DNA from: Squalus acanthias
Taxonomy: Eukaryota
DNA: 64,000 nucleotides
Assembly (NCBI GenBank): GCA_030390025.1
Contig: CM059431.1
Span: 152,212,001 to 152,276,000 of the forward strand
Direction of reading: 5' to 3'
Both the position numbers and the translations under genes were made by a program. Position 1 is the first letter of the stretch; each line of letters begins with the position of its first letter. Of this stretch, positions 14,751 through 28,196 are shown in pieces. The notes beneath the pieces were generated by a model. It was not told the DNA's origin. It made no database searches and was given only the letters and a program-made list of their open reading frames with translations.

Positions 14751-15284
14751 TTGCCGAGGCTCGAGGTTTGTCTGGGTTTACTTGTATTCCCATTTCTATG
14801 TTTCTCGTCTATCGCAACATCCCTGAGCTCAGAGTTTACCCATCTATAAATATACTAGCTCTTTTCTGACATCTTTGAACAGCCAAACGTTACCTTTATG
14901 AAAGCTTTATATCTTTATCAACTTGAGTTTTGCCATATTTTCTGAATGAATTCCGTTTCCGCAGTTATCTTTAAAAAATGTTCCATATCGTCCTCTGATA
15001 CGGCTTGATTCTCACTTCCACCATCATTTTTATTATAAACCCAAGGCAAATATTACATATATAAACCATGCCTTCATGTCCTCAATCATATCGCCACCGT
15101 CACTGCCCAGCAATCCTATCCATTCTCTCATGGAATGTGGAGCGTAACTTCCACATGCGATGTGGTTGTAAAACTGGCGGTAGATGATCGACCGCCCATA
15201 CACACCACGCCCGATTTTACATTGTGATCGTCCAAAGCCATTTTCTGATCTTTCCGCAGTTGAAAAGTATAAAATCCACTTACT

Positions 15285-15367
15285 GGGGAAAATTCTAGCT
15301 TTCGACGATTATGTAAAATGGCCGAAATAGAAATTAACGCCTATTTTACACCCCGCCGAATTTTCCC
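15285..15367. mobile_element. 83-bp miniature inverted-repeat element
   Basis: Perfect 10-bp IR GGGAAAATTC / GAATTTTCCC, inner IR TGTAAAAT / ATTTTACA, flanked by ACT on both sides. Confidence 0.55.
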
Positions 15368-15814
15368 ACTGCATTCAAGTCAAAGGGAAGACACATCGAC
15401 CCTAGTGTATAACGAGCGGCCAATTCGATATCGTTGATGTTGACCACCGCTTAAAGTTAAAATCACCCCTTTATTTATATCAACCTTTATAACAACAGCA
15501 GTGATGCCAATGACTATTACAGCTGAATCAATTCTCCATGTATTTTGTCTTATTATCCCATTACGTTGTGTACATTTACCAAGTGCTTCTTTGCTCCCAA
15601 ATGACACAATAGCCTGCATGGATTGGGCGTTTTTCGGATTTTTCAGTGACTGATTTTTAGATCGATATGTATTGGAAAGAAAATATTCACTGGTACTTGT
15701 ATAATGAAAATTTCAGTTTTGAAATGCAACATGATTAATTATATTAAAATAAAACTCCAGCATTTTAAGATGGCGTGCACTGTCTGCTTGGAAGTATAAG
15801 AAAAATCATTCATT

Positions 15815-17337
15815 AGAATATTTCCCTAATTGAGAAATTAATGGGTCTGAAAGCCGATAACTCCCCAGGGCCTGATAATCTGAATCCCAGAGTACTAAAA
15901 GAGGTAGCCATGGAAATAATGGATGCATTGGTTATTATCTTCCAAAATTCTACAGATTATGGAATAGTTAATGCAGATTGGAGGGTGGCAATATAATCCC
16001 ACTATTTCAAAAAGGAGGGAGAGAGAAAACAGGGAACTACAGATTGGTTAGTCTAACATCAGTAGCCGGGAATATGCTAATGTCTATTATAAAGGATGTG
16101 ATAACAGGACATATAGAAAATATCAACGGGATTAGACAAAGTCAACATGGATTTAAGAAAGTGAAATCGTGCTTGACAAACCTACTGGAGTTTTGGATGA
16201 TGTAACTGGTAGAATAGACAAGGGAGAACAAGTGGATGTGTTTTATTTGGATTTTCAGCATGCCTTTGATAAAGTCCCACATAAGAGGTTAGTGTTATAA
16301 ATTAAAGGACATGGGATTGGGGGTAATATACTGGCATGGAGTGAAAATTGGTTAACAGACAGGAAACAGAGAGTAGGAATAAATGGGTCTTTTTCGGGAT
16401 GGCAGGTGGTGAATAGTGGTGTACCACAGGGATCAGTGTTTGGGCCCCAGCTATTCACAATATATATCAATGATTTGGATGAGGGAACCAAATGTAATAT
16501 ATACAAGTTTGCTGAGAACACGGAACGTCGTGGGATTGTGAGTTGTGGGGAGGATGCAAAGAGGCTTCCAGGCCATTTAGACAAGTTGAATGAGTGGGCA
16601 AATACATGGCATATGCAGCATAACGTGGATAAATGTGAATTTATCCATTTCGGTAGGAAAAACAGAAAGGCAGAGTTTTATTTAAATGGAGATAGATTAG
16701 GAAATGCTAATGTACAAAGGGAATTGTGTGTCCGTGTACACCAGTCCATGCAAGCGAACATGCAGGAGCAGCAAGCTGATAGAAAGGCAAATTATATGTT
16801 GGACTTCATTACACGACACTGGGAAATATAGTAAACAGTGAGGAGGATAGTAACAGACTTCTGGAGGACACAGACTGGTGAACTGGGCAGACACATGGCA
16901 GATGGAATTTAATGCAGAAACGTGTTAATTGATTCATTTTGGAAGGTAGAATGAGGAGAGGCAATATAAACTAAATGGTACAATTTAAATGGAGTGCAGG
17001 AACAGAAAGGTGGACGTACACACATCTTTGAAGCTGGCAGGACAAGTCGATAAAGCTGTTAAAAAAGCATACGGGAATCGTTGGCTTTCTACGTAGAGGC
17101 ACAGAGTAAAATAAGTAAGGAAGTTATGGTAAAACATTATAAAAAACTGGTTAGCCCTCAAATGGAGGTTTGTGTCCAGTTCTGGGCACCACACTTTAGG
17201 AAGGATGCCAAGGCTTTAGAGAGGGAACAGAAAAGATTCAGTGGAATGGTACGAGAGATGAGGGACTTTAGTTGTACGGAGAGACTGGAGAAGCTGGGGC
17301 TGTTCTTCTTTAAAGAGGGAAGGTTAAGGGGAGGTTT
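15815..17337 (+). mobile_element. Two joined degenerate CR1 ORF2 (RT) fragments, junction near 16835
   Basis: ORF-track motifs [25 protein letters not shown] and CVQFWAPHFRKD. Confidence 0.88.
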
Positions 17338-17820
17338 CATTCTACAAAATCTCTCCACTATGAACTGTCCTCCCATACCAGGAATCAATCTAGTGAACCT
17401 TCGTTGCACGCCCTCTAAGGCAAGTATGATCTTCCTTAGGTAAAGAGACCATAACTGTACACAGTACTCCAGGTGTGGTCTCACCAAAATCCAATAATAT
17501 TGCAGCAAAACTTGCTTACTCTTATACAACAACCGTCTTGCAATATAGCCTAATATAACATTTTTCTTCCTAATTGTTTGCTGCACCTGTGTGTTAAATC
17601 TCTGTGACTCATTTACAAGAACACCCAAATCTCTCTGAATAACAACATTTACTGATCTCTCACCTTTTTAAGAAAATGCTTTTCGATTCTTCCTACCAAA
17701 GTAGATAATTTTCATATTTCCTCTCATTATACTCCAGACACCACCTTCCTGCCCAATCATGTAACTTATCTATGTCCCTTTGCAGGAACTCTGTGCCCTC
17801 CTCAGAGCTTACTTTCGCAC
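17338..17820 (-). mobile_element. CR1 fragment, continues at 21253-22015 (split by a nested insertion)
   Basis: LVRPHLEYCVQLWS motif. Sequence before 17821 is continued after 21252. Confidence 0.8.
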
Positions 17821-20800
17821 ATGTCAGTGAACGGCTGCAGGGCATTCTGAAGGGGGAGGGCGAACAGTCAGAGGTCGTGGTTCACATTGGTACCAAGAGA
17901 CATGGGTAGATAGAGGGATGAGGTCTTGCAACACGAATTTAGGGAGCTAGGTAGCAGATTAAAAAGCAGGACCTCAATGGTTGTAATCTCTGGATTACTC
18001 CCAGTGCCACGTGCTAGTGAGTATAGGAATAGGAGGATAGAGCAGATGAATGCGTGGATAAAGAATTGATGCAGGAGGGAGGGCTTTAGTTGCCTGGATC
18101 ATTGTGTCTGTTTCTGGGGAAGGTGGGACCTGTACAAGGCGGACGGGTTGCACCTGAATCGGAACGGCACCAACATCCTTGCGGGAGGTTTGCTGGTACT
18201 GTTTTTTTTGAGGGTGGGGGGTTTAAACTAATTTGGCAGGGGGTTAGGATACTGAGTGGAGCTATAGTAGGGGGTGATGCACAGCCAAATAAAGAAGAAA
18301 AAAGAAGTCAGCCTGGAAGGCAGAGCAAATATGTAACGGCACAAGGGAGTATGGCAAGGCTGGATGGCATTTCTTTTAATGCAAGGAGTCTTGCCAGTAA
18401 GGCAGATGAATTGAAGGTGTTGATGAACACATGGGTGTATGATATTGTTGCCATCACAGAAACATGGTTGAGGGATGGGCAGGACTGATAGCTCAATATT
18501 TCGGTGTATAGAATTTTCAGGCGAGAGTGAGGTGGGTGTTAAAGAGGAGGGGGTGTCGCAATATTAATCAAGGAGTCAATTACTGCTGTAAGGAGGGATG
18601 ATATCTTAGCAGGTTCCTCTAATGAGGACATATGGGTAGAACTTAAAAAAACAAAATGGGGGCAAGCACTTTGCTGGAAGTGTACAACAGGATTTCAAAC
18701 AGTCAGTTGGAGATAGAAGAACAGATATGTAGGCAAATCTCAGAGAAGTGTAGAAATAATAGGGTAATAATAGTAGGGGATTTCAACTTCCCCAATATTA
18801 ACTGGGATAGTCAGAGTGTGAAAGGCTTAGAGGGTGCGGAATTCTTAAAGTGCATCCAGGAGAGCTTTTTGAGCCAGCATGTAGAAATTCCTACAAGAGA
18901 GGGGACGGTACTGGACCTAATTCTGGGGAATGTAGCCGGGCAAGTGGTAGAAGTGTGATTTGGAGAGCATTTTGGTGACAGTGACCATAATTCGGTGAGA
19001 TTTATGACAGTCATGGAAAAGGACAAAAATGGATCGGAAATAAATGTTCTAAATTGGGGGAAGGCCGATTTTAATATGATAAGGCAGGATCTGGTCAAAG
19101 TGGACTGGGATCAGCTACTTGTAGAAAAATCCACATCAGAGCAATGGGAGTCTTTCAGAAAGGAGATATAGAGAGTACAACGGCAACATGTTCCCATAAA
19201 GGTCAAGGGTTAGACCAACAAGCCCAGAGAACCCTGGATGTCAAGGGATATACGAGAATGGATTAGGAAAAAAAAGGGAGGCCTTTGGCAGATATAAAAG
19301 AGTAAAAACATTGGAAGCCCTAGAGGAGTATAGAAAGTGCAGGGGAAGTACTTAAATGAGAAATTAGTAGAGCGAAGAGGGGGCATGAAATAACACTGGC
19401 GGGCAAAAAATAGGAAAATCCCAAGGTGTTTTATATGTTTATTAAGGGCAAGAGGATAACCAGGGAAAGAGTGGGCCCCATTAGGGACCAAAGTGGCAAT
19501 CTTTGTGTAGAGCCAGAAGATGTAGGTGGGGTTTTATATTAATATTTTGCATCTGTGTTCACTACGGAGAAGGACGATGTAGGCATATAAATTAGGCAGG
19601 GGGATTAAGATATACTTGAACAAATTAGTATTGAGAGGGAGGAGGTACTAGCGGTTTTAGCGGGCTTAAAAGTGGATAAATTCCCAGGCCCAGACGAGAT
19701 GTATCCCAGGCTGCTGTGTTAGGCAAGGGAGGAGATTTCAGGAGCTCTGACACACATTTTCAGGTTCTCTCTGGTCACAGGGGAAGTGCCAGGGTACTGG
19801 AGAACAGGTAATGTAGTACCATTATTCAAGAAGGGTAGCAGGGATAAACCAGCGTATTACAGGCCAGTGAGCCTAACATCAGTGGTAGGGAAATTATTGT
19901 AAAACATTCTGTGGGACAGAATTAGTCTCCACTTGGAGAGGCAAGGATTAATCAAGTATATTCAGCATGGCTTTGTCGGTTGGAGAGCATGTCTAACCAA
20001 TTTGATTGAATTTTTCGAGGGCGTGACTAGGTGTGTGAATGAGGGTAGTGCAGTTGATGTGGTCTACATGGACTTCAGTAAGGCTTTTGACAAAGTCCCG
20101 CATGGTAGACTGGTCAAGAAGGTAAGAGCCCATGGGATCAAGGGCAACTTGGCACTTTGGATCCAAAGTTGGCTTAGTGGCAGGAGGCAGATTGTGAGGG
20201 TCGAAGGTTGTTTTTGTGACTGGAAGCCTGTGTCCAGTGGTGTACCGCAGGGATCGGTGCTGGGTCCTTTGCTGTTTGTAGTGTACATTAATGATTTAAT
20301 ATGAATGTAGGAGTTATGATCAGTAAGTTCGCAGATGACACGAAAATTGGTGAAGTGGTAAATAGCGAGGAGGGAAGCCTCAGGCTACAGGACGATATAG
20401 ATGGGTTGGTGAAATGGGCAGAACTGTGAAAAATGGAATTTAACAATGAAAAGTGCGAGGTGATGCATTTTGGGAGGACTAACAAGGAAAGAGAATCCAC
20501 AACGAATGGTAGGACCCGAGGAAGGACAGGGGATCAGAGGGACCTTGGTGTGCATGTACATGGATCCCTGAAGTAAGCAGGACAGGCAGATAAGATGATT
20601 AAAAAGTCATATGGGATACTTGCCTTCATTAGCCGAGGCATAGAACATAAGAGCAGGGAGGTTATGATGGAGCTGTACAAAACGGTAGTTAGGCCGCAGC
20701 TGGAATACTGTGTGCAGATCTGGTCGCCACACTATAGGAAGGATGTGATTGCACTGGAGAGAGTGCAGAGGAGATTCACCAGGATGTTACCTGGGCTGCA

Positions 20801-21252
20801 GCGCTTCAGCTATGAAGAGAGACTGGACAGGCTGGGTTTGTTTTCCTTCGAGCAGAGCAGGCTGAGAGGGGACCTGATTGAGGTGTACTAAATTATGAGG
20901 GACATAGATAGGGTAGATAGAAAGGAACTTTTCCCCTTATTTGAGGGTTCATTAACCAGGGGGCTTGGTGTCAAGGTAACGGGCAGGAGATTTAGAGGGG
21001 ATTTGAGGAAAAACTTTTTCACCCAGAGGGTGGTTGGAATCTGGAACTCACTGCCTGAAAGGGTGGCACAGGGAGGAACCCTCACAACATTCAAGAAGCA
21101 TTCAGATGAGCAATTGCAACGATAACATACAAGGCTACGGAACAAGTGCTGGAAAATGGGATTAGATTAGACTGGGTTTGATGGCCGGTCCGGACATGAT
21201 GGGTCGAAGGGCCTCTTTCTGTCTGTATAACGCTATGACTCTATGACTCTAT
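17821..21252 (+). mobile_element. 3.4-kb CR1 LINE: ORF1 esterase end, endonuclease, RT and 3' tail; many stops
   Basis: NARSL...[28 protein letters not shown] and [10 protein letters not shown] motifs; (CTATGACT)n tail at 21233-21252. Confidence 0.93.
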
Positions 21253-22015
21253 AGCTTGCTATCGTCAGCAAACCTGGATATATTACACTCAGTCCTCTCA
21301 TTTAAATCATTGATATACATTTAAATAGCTGAGGCCCAAGCACTGATCCTTGCGGCATTCCACTATTTACATCTTGCCATTCCAAAAATGACCCGTTTAT
21401 TCCTACTCTCTGTTCTCCGTCCGATAACTAATCCTCAATTCAAGCCAATATAGTACCTCCAATACCATGGGCCCTAACTTGGTGTAACAGCCTCTTGTTT
21501 GTTATCTTATCGAATGCCTTCTGAAAATCCAAATATACTACATTCACTGTTTCTCCCTTATCTACTCTATCAGTTACATCCTCAAAATACTCCGATCGAT
21601 TTGTCAAACACAATTTCCTTGTCATAAAACCCTGTTGACTCTGCCTAATCATATTATGATTATTTTAAGGTTCCCTGTTACCATTTCCCGAATAATAGAT
21701 TCTAGCATTCCCCCTACTACCGATGTCAGGCGAACTGGTCTTTAGATCACTCTTTTCGCTCTCCCTCCTTTCTTGAACAGCGGGGTTAGATTTGCTGCCT
21801 TCCAATCCACGGCGATTGTTGTAGAATCTGGGGAATTTTGGAAGATCCATACCAATGCATCCACTATCTCTGCAGCCACCTCTTTGGAAACCATAGTTTG
21901 TAGGCCATCAGGTCCAGGGTATTTTTCGGCTTTTAGTCTCTTTAATTTATCCAGTATTTATAATTTACTTATATTAACCACTTTAATATCCTCACTCTGG
22001 TTTGCCTTGCCCCTT
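21253..22015 (-). mobile_element. CR1 RT fragment
   Basis: YLDFQKAFDK motif in ORF 21440..21652. Confidence 0.85.
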
Positions 22016-22029
22016 CCTGAAATATTATG

Positions 22030-23222
22030 AGAGAAACCCTGCACGGATTTGTAAAAGTTAAGTTATGTCTAACGAAGCTAATTGATGTTCTTTGAGGAGG
22101 TAACTAACTTTGTCGTTAATCATGTTGCTATGGATGCTATTTATATGAACTACAGAAGGTATTGGCAAGGTTGCACATAATAGACTGTCAACTAAGATGA
22201 GTGCGCATGGACTTGGTGGCAAACTTTTGTCTTGGATTTGTTATTGGACAGGAGATTCAGCTTTTCAATATATTTATAAATGACTTGGACGAAGGAATAG
22301 AGAGCCATGTATCTAAGTTTGCTGAAGTCGCTAAGTAAGGTCCCACAATAAATAATGCAGATGGAAGGAGAAAGTTGCAAGGGGTCATTGATAAATTAAG
22401 TGAGTGGGCAAAACTGTGGCAGATGGAGCTTAACGTGGGAAAATGCGAAGTCATCGACTTTGGACCAAACAAAGGCAAGTCAGAGTTTTTTTCTAAATGG
22501 TGAGATGTTAGCAAACTAGCAAATGTAGATGATCAGAGAGATTTAGTGGTCCAAGTACAGAAATCAAGAAAAGCTACTGGACAGGTACAAACAATAATTA
22601 AAAAGAATAATGTAATTTTGGCCTATATCTCAAGCGGTCTGTATTACAATGGGTGGCGGTTATGTTGCAGCTGTAGATAACTCCAGTAAACTCCATGTGG
22701 AGCACTGTGCGCAGTTCTGCGCATCGCACCTCAGGAAGGATATATTGGCCTTGGAGGGGCCGCAGCGCAGACTCACCAGAATGATACAAGGGCTAAAAGA
22801 ATTAAATTGCATTTAATGCAGAAGATTAAGGGTAGACGCAAGTGAGGTGATTTAGATGATCAAAGGAGTTGATAGGCTAGATAGAGAGAAACTCTTCCCT
22901 CTGGTGGAGGGAGTCTCGAACAAGGTGGTTAATCTTTAAATTAGAGCTCGGACGTTCAGAGGTGATGTCAGGAAGCAGTTCTTCAGACAGAGAGTAGTGG
23001 AAATCCGGAACTCTCTCTCCCAATATGTAGTTGAGGATAGTTGAGGTGAATTGAAAATGTAAAAAAAAACTGAGGTTTATAGATTTTGTTATGCAGTGGC
23101 ATAAAGGTGTACTTAACCAAGTTGGTATCATGGAGTTAAGATGCAGATCAGCCATGCTCTCATTGAATGGTGGAACAGGCTCGAGGGGCTGAATGGCCTC
23201 CTTCTGTTCCTATGTTCCTATG
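22030..23222 (+). mobile_element. Old CR1 RT fragments and 3' end
   Basis: Degenerate RT sequence; tail ggctcgaggggctgaatggcctcc...cctatgttcctatg at about 23178-23222. Confidence 0.8.
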
Positions 23223-23225
23223 TCC

Positions 23226-23578
23226 AGAGAGTGAGAGAGAGATGGAGAGTGATTAAAAGTGAGAGAGAGAGAAAGTGCGGGAGAGAGAAAAATAGACTGA
23301 GACAGAGAAAGAGAGGGAGAGAGAGAAAGAGGGAGAAGCAGAGAGGGTGAGAAAGAGAGAGAGACAGAACGGTCAAGAAAGAGTGAGAGTGGGAATAAGA
23401 AGGAAGGGCGAGAGAGGAATAGAGAATGAGCGAAAGAGGGAGGTAAACAGAGAGAGATCGTGGGAGAGACGAAAAAAGAGAAAAAGGAGGAGAGAGGAAG
23501 AGAGAGGGAGAAAAAGAGAGAGAGATGAGAGAGAGAGAGTGAGAGAGCAAGGAAGAAAGAGAGGGGGAGAAAAAGAGT
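23226..23578. repeat. Purine-rich (GA)n low-complexity tract
   Basis: About 350 bp, almost all A/G on the + strand. Confidence 0.9.
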
Positions 23579-23690
23579 AAATGCACTTTGCGCTTTATTT
23601 GAAGCCAACTCGTCAAACTTAAGGAAAGTGTCTGAATTATTTCCACATTATGTCTCTCCTCAGAGTGCAGATGTTACCCTGTTCTTTATG

Positions 23691-23912
23691 GGTTATATTG
23701 CAATGCAGATTCTAGAGGGTGCAAGGGCAGGATCTGACCCACTCCACCAACAGAGAGGGAGAGGGTTGTATTGCACTACAGATACTCGGAGGTGAAAGGT
23801 CAGGATCTGACCCACTCCACCATCAGAGACAGATAGAAGGTTGTATTGCACTACAGATACTCGGAGGTGAAAGGTCAGGACCTGACCCACTCCACCATCA
23901 GAGAGAGAGAGG
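23691..23912. repeat. ~75-bp tandem repeat, 3 copies
   Basis: Unit starts at 23691, 23764 and 23839 (ggttgtattgcactacagatactcggaggtgaaaggtcaggatctgacccactccacca). Confidence 0.9.
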
Positions 23913-24409
23913 AGCTTTAATTCCACTGGCTGCACTGGATATGAGCCCAAGTGTCATGACAAACAAACAATACATTTGATATTTCCACGGTTTGATGTTA
24001 ATACAGGTTCCAATAAATATTCTTTATCTATTTTCTGTATTCGAGAAAGCACTGAGTTCTTTGCAAAGCTCACCACAGTCAACAGATATCCGGTAACATT
24101 TATTTGTGCATTTGGCTGAGGAACTACGAGATCTTACTTGTGATACCGGCTTCACATGCTCACCACAACCGATCAGCAAAGCTGTGACTATTTGCCTGTG
24201 AACCGTCCGATTCATATCTGACGAAGCACACGGGGAAAATTAGCATCCCTACGATAAACAGATCGCTGTTAAATTTTGACACCAGCACCAACAACAGACA
24301 CGGACAACAACAGAGCAAAGACCTTTAGAGCTGGTATGTGTTTGAAAAAAAAACCACACATAAACTTTCAAGTAAGAAATCCAATGCGCTGCTTCAAGTG
24401 ACGCAGGGA

Positions 24410-26085
24410 AGTGTGAAGTGATGCATTTTAGTAGAAAGAATTAGCAGAGGCAATATAAATTACATGGTTCAATTTGAAAGGTGCTGCAGGAAAAGAGAGA
24501 GTTGAAGTTGCTGATACACAAGTCTTTGAATGTGACAGGACAATTGATGAGGCGTACTGGATCCTTGACTTTATTTATAGAGGCACAGTAGTACAAAAAC
24601 AAGCCAGTTATGCTGAACCTTTATAAAACACTGGTTGGGCCCCAGCAGTGGTATAGTGTCTAAATCTGGGCTCCACATTTCAGGAAGGATGTTGAGGCCT
24701 CAGAGAGGGTGCAGAGGAGATTTAGGGATGAAAGACTTCAGTTAGGTTTAGAAAATGGAGAAACGGGGGTTGTTGTCCTTAGAGCAAAGAAGGTTCAGGG
24801 GAGATTTGAGAGAGGCGTTCAAAATCTTTTGCTCCAAAGAAAAGAAATCAAACTTCTCCAACCTGTCCTTGTACCTGAGATCCCCCATCCCTGGAATCAT
24901 TCTGGTAAATCTCCTCTGCAAACTCTCAAGTGCCTTCACATTCTTCCTAAGATGTGTTGACGAGAACTGAACCCAATACTGCAGTTGTGGTCTAACCAGC
25001 GCTTTATAAATTTTCAGCATAACTTCTCAACTTTTGTACTCAATACCTTTATTTATGGAGCCCAAGATCCCATATGCTTTGCTAACTACTCTCTCATATG
25101 TCCCGTCACCTTCAGGGACCGATGCACATTAACTCCCAGGTCCTTCTTTCCCTGCACGTTCTTTGAAACTGTGCCATTAAGTGTATATTGCCTCTCACTG
25201 TTCCTTCTGCCAAAATTCATCACCTCACACTTCTCTGTATTAAATTCCATTTGCCAATTGTTTGCCCATTCTGCTAGCCTTTCTATGTCCTGTTGCAGTC
25301 GATTGCTATCGTCATCATTGTTTGCCACACCCCCAAATTTGGTGTCATCGGTAAATTTAGAAATTCTACTTCGTATTGCAATATCCAGTTCAGTTATATA
25401 TATCAAAAAAAGCAGTGGCCCCAGCACTGACCCTTGGGGAACAGCACTGTCGACCATGCTCCAGTCTGAAAAACAGCCATTCACCACAACTCGCTGTTTA
25501 CTGTCCTGAAGCAAATTCCGTATCCAAGCTGCCACTGACCCACCTATTCTATGAGCATCAATTTTCTTAACCAGCCTTCTATGTGGTACTTTGTCAAACG
25601 CCTGCCGAAAATCCATGTAGCCAACATCCATTGCATTCCCTTCATCAATCCTCCCTGTTACTTCTGAAAAAATTCATTTAGATCAGTCAAACACGATCTG
25701 ACTTTTACAAATCAGTGTTGGCTTCCTTAATTAGCTTAAACCTCTCCAACTGCACGTTAATTTTTTCCTTGATTATTGTTTCTAAAACTTTACCCACCAC
25801 TGATGGTAAACTGACCGGACTGCAGTTACTGGTATTCAGAGGCCACTTGAGGAAAAATAACTTTATGCAGCTAGTTGTTGTGACCTGGCATGCACTGCCT
25901 GAAAGGATGGTAGAAGCAGACTCAATCGTAACTTTCAAGAGGGAATTGAATAAAAAACCTGTAAAGGAAGATCTTGCAGTTGCTATGAGGATGTGGGACT
26001 AATTGAATAGCGCTTTCAAAATGCCGGCACAGGCACGATGGGGGAATAGCTTCCTTCTATGCTGTATCATTCTATGATTCTATCT
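24410..26085. mobile_element. Plus-strand CR1 3' part interrupted by a minus-strand CR1 RT fragment (about 24825-25830)
   Basis: ORF 25086..25631 DFRQAFDKVPH...[12 protein letters not shown]; tail ttctatgattctat near 26070. Confidence 0.85.
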
Positions 26086-26454
26086 CAAGCCCTGGGCATC
26101 TGTCTTTAACCTGTTTATATTGCTTCAGGATCGCTGAACCGCTTTGTACACCGCGACTCCTGTGCTGAAATGATCAATTAATCCCACAGTGAAAAACAAC
26201 AGACTGGAACCCGAATTACTCAATCGGTCTGAGTGATCTCGCCTGGAGATAACAGAATAAGGAAACAATGCAGCTTGTGGTTTACATCGTGCTTGTCTCT
26301 TTGTGTTTGGACAGTAAGTATTTTCATTCTGCATTTGCGATTAAAAGGAAAGCTGCCTCGTAATGTACCCAATTTTCCAAATATAATTCACGTCTCCAGC
26401 TGCAGAAGGAAATAGAATGGAGAGATTTACTTGGCACGTTAGGGTGCAGCGTGA

Positions 26455-27445
26455 ACATTGGAACAGGAGGAGGCCATTCAGCCTATTCAGCCTGTTACAT
26501 TAGGGACAGGAAGAGGCCATTCAGACCCGAGAGCCTGTTACTTTAAGGAAAGGAGGCGGCCATTCAGCTCCTTCGATCATGCCACATAGGAAGAGGTGTA
26601 GGCCATTCAGCCCATGGAGCCTGTTACATTAGGAACAGAAGGAGGCCATTCGACTCCTCGAGCCTGTTACATAAGGGACAGCTGGAGGCCATTCAACCCC
26701 TAGAGCCTGTTTCATTTCCAACAGGAGTTGGCCGTTTAGCCCCCTTGAGCATGTCACCTCTGAACAGGATGAGGCCATTCAGCCGCTGGAGCCTGTGACA
26801 TTAACAGGAGGAACGCATTCAGACTTCAAGCCTGTTACATGAGGAACAGTAGGCTGAACATTTCCCTCGAGTTTTTTACACAGGAACAGAAGGAGACCAT
26901 TCAGTCCCGCAAGCCGGTTTCATTTGGAACAGGAAGAGGTCAATCGCCCCCACCCACAATCCAGCCTGTTACATTAGGAACATGATGAGTCCATTCAGTT
27001 CATAGAGCCTGTTATATTAAGAACAGAAGGAGGTCATTCAGTTTATCGAGACATTTAAATTAGGAATATGAGTAGACCATTCAACACCTACGAGCATATC
27101 ACATCGTAACATTAATAAGCCATTCAGCTCATCGAGCTTGTTCCATACGGAAAAGGAGGAGGCAATTCAGCCCATTCGATACTGTTACATTAGGGTCAGG
27201 AGGTCATTCAGTTCCCTCGAGCATGTTATACAGGTACATGAGTAGGCCATGCAGCTCATCGAGCCTGTCACTTTAAGAACAAGAGGAGGTCATTCAGCTC
27301 ATCGAGCCACTCAGATAAAGAATTGGTGGAGGCCTTTCAGCCCCTCGAGTCTGTCACATAAGGAACAGGAGGAGGACAAACAGTCCCTGCAGCCTGTTAC
27401 ACAATAACAGGACGCGGCCATTAAACCCCTGGAACCTATTACATA
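26455..27445. repeat. ~43-bp minisatellite (about 23 copies) derived from the CR1 3' terminus
   Basis: Unit GGAACAGGAGGAGGCCATTCAGCCCCTCGAGCCTGTTACATTA is the reverse complement of the CR1 tail at 23173-23211. Confidence 0.88.
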
Positions 27446-27449
27446 AAGA

Positions 27450-28080
27450 AGACGATGAAGGAACGGCGATGTAATTCCAAGTCAGGATTGTGTATTACTG
27501 TCTTGGAGGAGAACCTGGAGATGATGGTGTTCCCATACGAATGCTGCCCTTGTCCTTCCAGGTGGAAGCGGTCGCGGGTTTGGGAGGTGCCGCTGGAGAA
27601 GCCTTGGTGGGTTGTTGCGGTGCATCTTGTAGATGGTACACACTGCAACCACGGTACGCCGGTGTTGGAGGTAGTGAAGGTTTAAGGTGGTCGAGGGAGG
27701 GCCAATCAAGTGGGTTGCTTTCTCCTGGATGATGGTGAGCTTCTTGATTGTTGTTGGAGTTGCACTCAACCAAGGAAGTGGAAAGTATTCCATCACAATC
27801 CTTACTTGTGCCTTGTAGAAGGTGGAAATTCTTTGGGGAGTCAGGAGGTGAGAGACGCGCCACTGAACACCTAGACTCTGATCTGCTCTTGTTGCCACAG
27901 TATTTGTGTGGCTGGCCCAGTTAAGGTTCTGGTCAATGGTGATCCCTAGGATGTTGATGGTGGGGGATTTGACGATGGTAATGCCATTTAATTTCAAGGG
28001 GCGGTCGTTGGCTCTCGCTTGTTGGAGTTAGTCACTGTTGGCACTTGTGTGGCGCGAATGCTACCTGCCACTTATCAGCT
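27450..28080 (-). mobile_element. CR1/L2-group LINE 3' fragment, same family as 2283-4745
   Basis: ORF 27482..27997 INILGITIDQNLNW...YKAQVR. Confidence 0.85.
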
Positions 28081-28196
28081 CTGTAAGTAGCAGACCCATT
28101 AAAAAATCCTTTCAAATGCATGCACTGTGAACTGGGTGAGCAAAATTAAACACGGACGGAAGACAATGCAAAAAAAGCTTCAAAACAGACCTGTGC

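Noticed and set aside
17821..21252. Active autonomous CR1
   Set aside because: 5'-truncated with many stops and frameshifts; no LINE in the window has an intact ORF2.
23210..23646. Leu/Ser-rich and Arg/Glu-rich ORFs
   Set aside because: Translations of the (GA)n low-complexity tract.
26128..26313. Possible plus-strand exon (ttcag ... gtaagt)
   Set aside because: No recognisable protein and no partner exons; the motifs could occur by chance.
26455..27445. Repeat-spacer array
   Set aside because: The whole unit is homologous between copies; the variation is point divergence.
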